DNA from: Octopus sinensis
Lineage: Eukaryota
DNA: 64,000 nt
Assembly: GCF_006345805.1 (NCBI RefSeq)
Contig: NC_043000.1
Coordinates: 136,648,001 to 136,712,000, forward strand
Direction of reading: 5' to 3'
In this document: positions 63,981 through 64,000 of the stretch, piece by piece
Layout of the letters: the number at the start of each line of letters is the position of its first letter
Position numbering within the stretch: the stretch's first letter is position 1
The notes under the pieces: model-generated
Told to the model about the DNA's origin: nothing
Databases searched by the model: none
What the model saw: the letters and a program-made list of their open reading frames with translations, nothing else
Program-made: the position numbers and the translations under genes

Positions 63981-64000
63981 GTTTCTGTATATTTGCGTAC

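Overview
AT-rich animal DNA, dense in microsatellites and interspersed repeats. Its SINE families and repeat style fit a coleoid cephalopod, probably Octopus (inference from recalled repeat motifs, no database search run). No intact multi-exon gene or operon-like system could be established. Most ORF-track entries are microsatellite read-throughs or shadows of repeats. Supportable content: four recurring SINE-like families; remnants of RTE, CR1/Crack-like and Penelope retroelements; one full-length Tc1-type element with DD36E spacing; mariner and piggyBac-type MITEs; two large hierarchical repeat arrays in inverted orientation (27.9-29.4 kb and 44.4-46.0 kb); several foldback hairpins; a possible heavily decayed LRR/Toll-like receptor gene at 0.85-2.65 kb; and a few unverified candidate exons. 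The most interesting signal is a set of dispersed short elements carrying minimal hammerhead-ribozyme cores. One family shares a non-canonical CUGU(U/A)GA core in all three copies. Also notable are SINE insertions that reuse one target site or include flanking DNA in a palindrome. All protein and family assignments come from manual motif reading and need HMM/BLAST confirmation.
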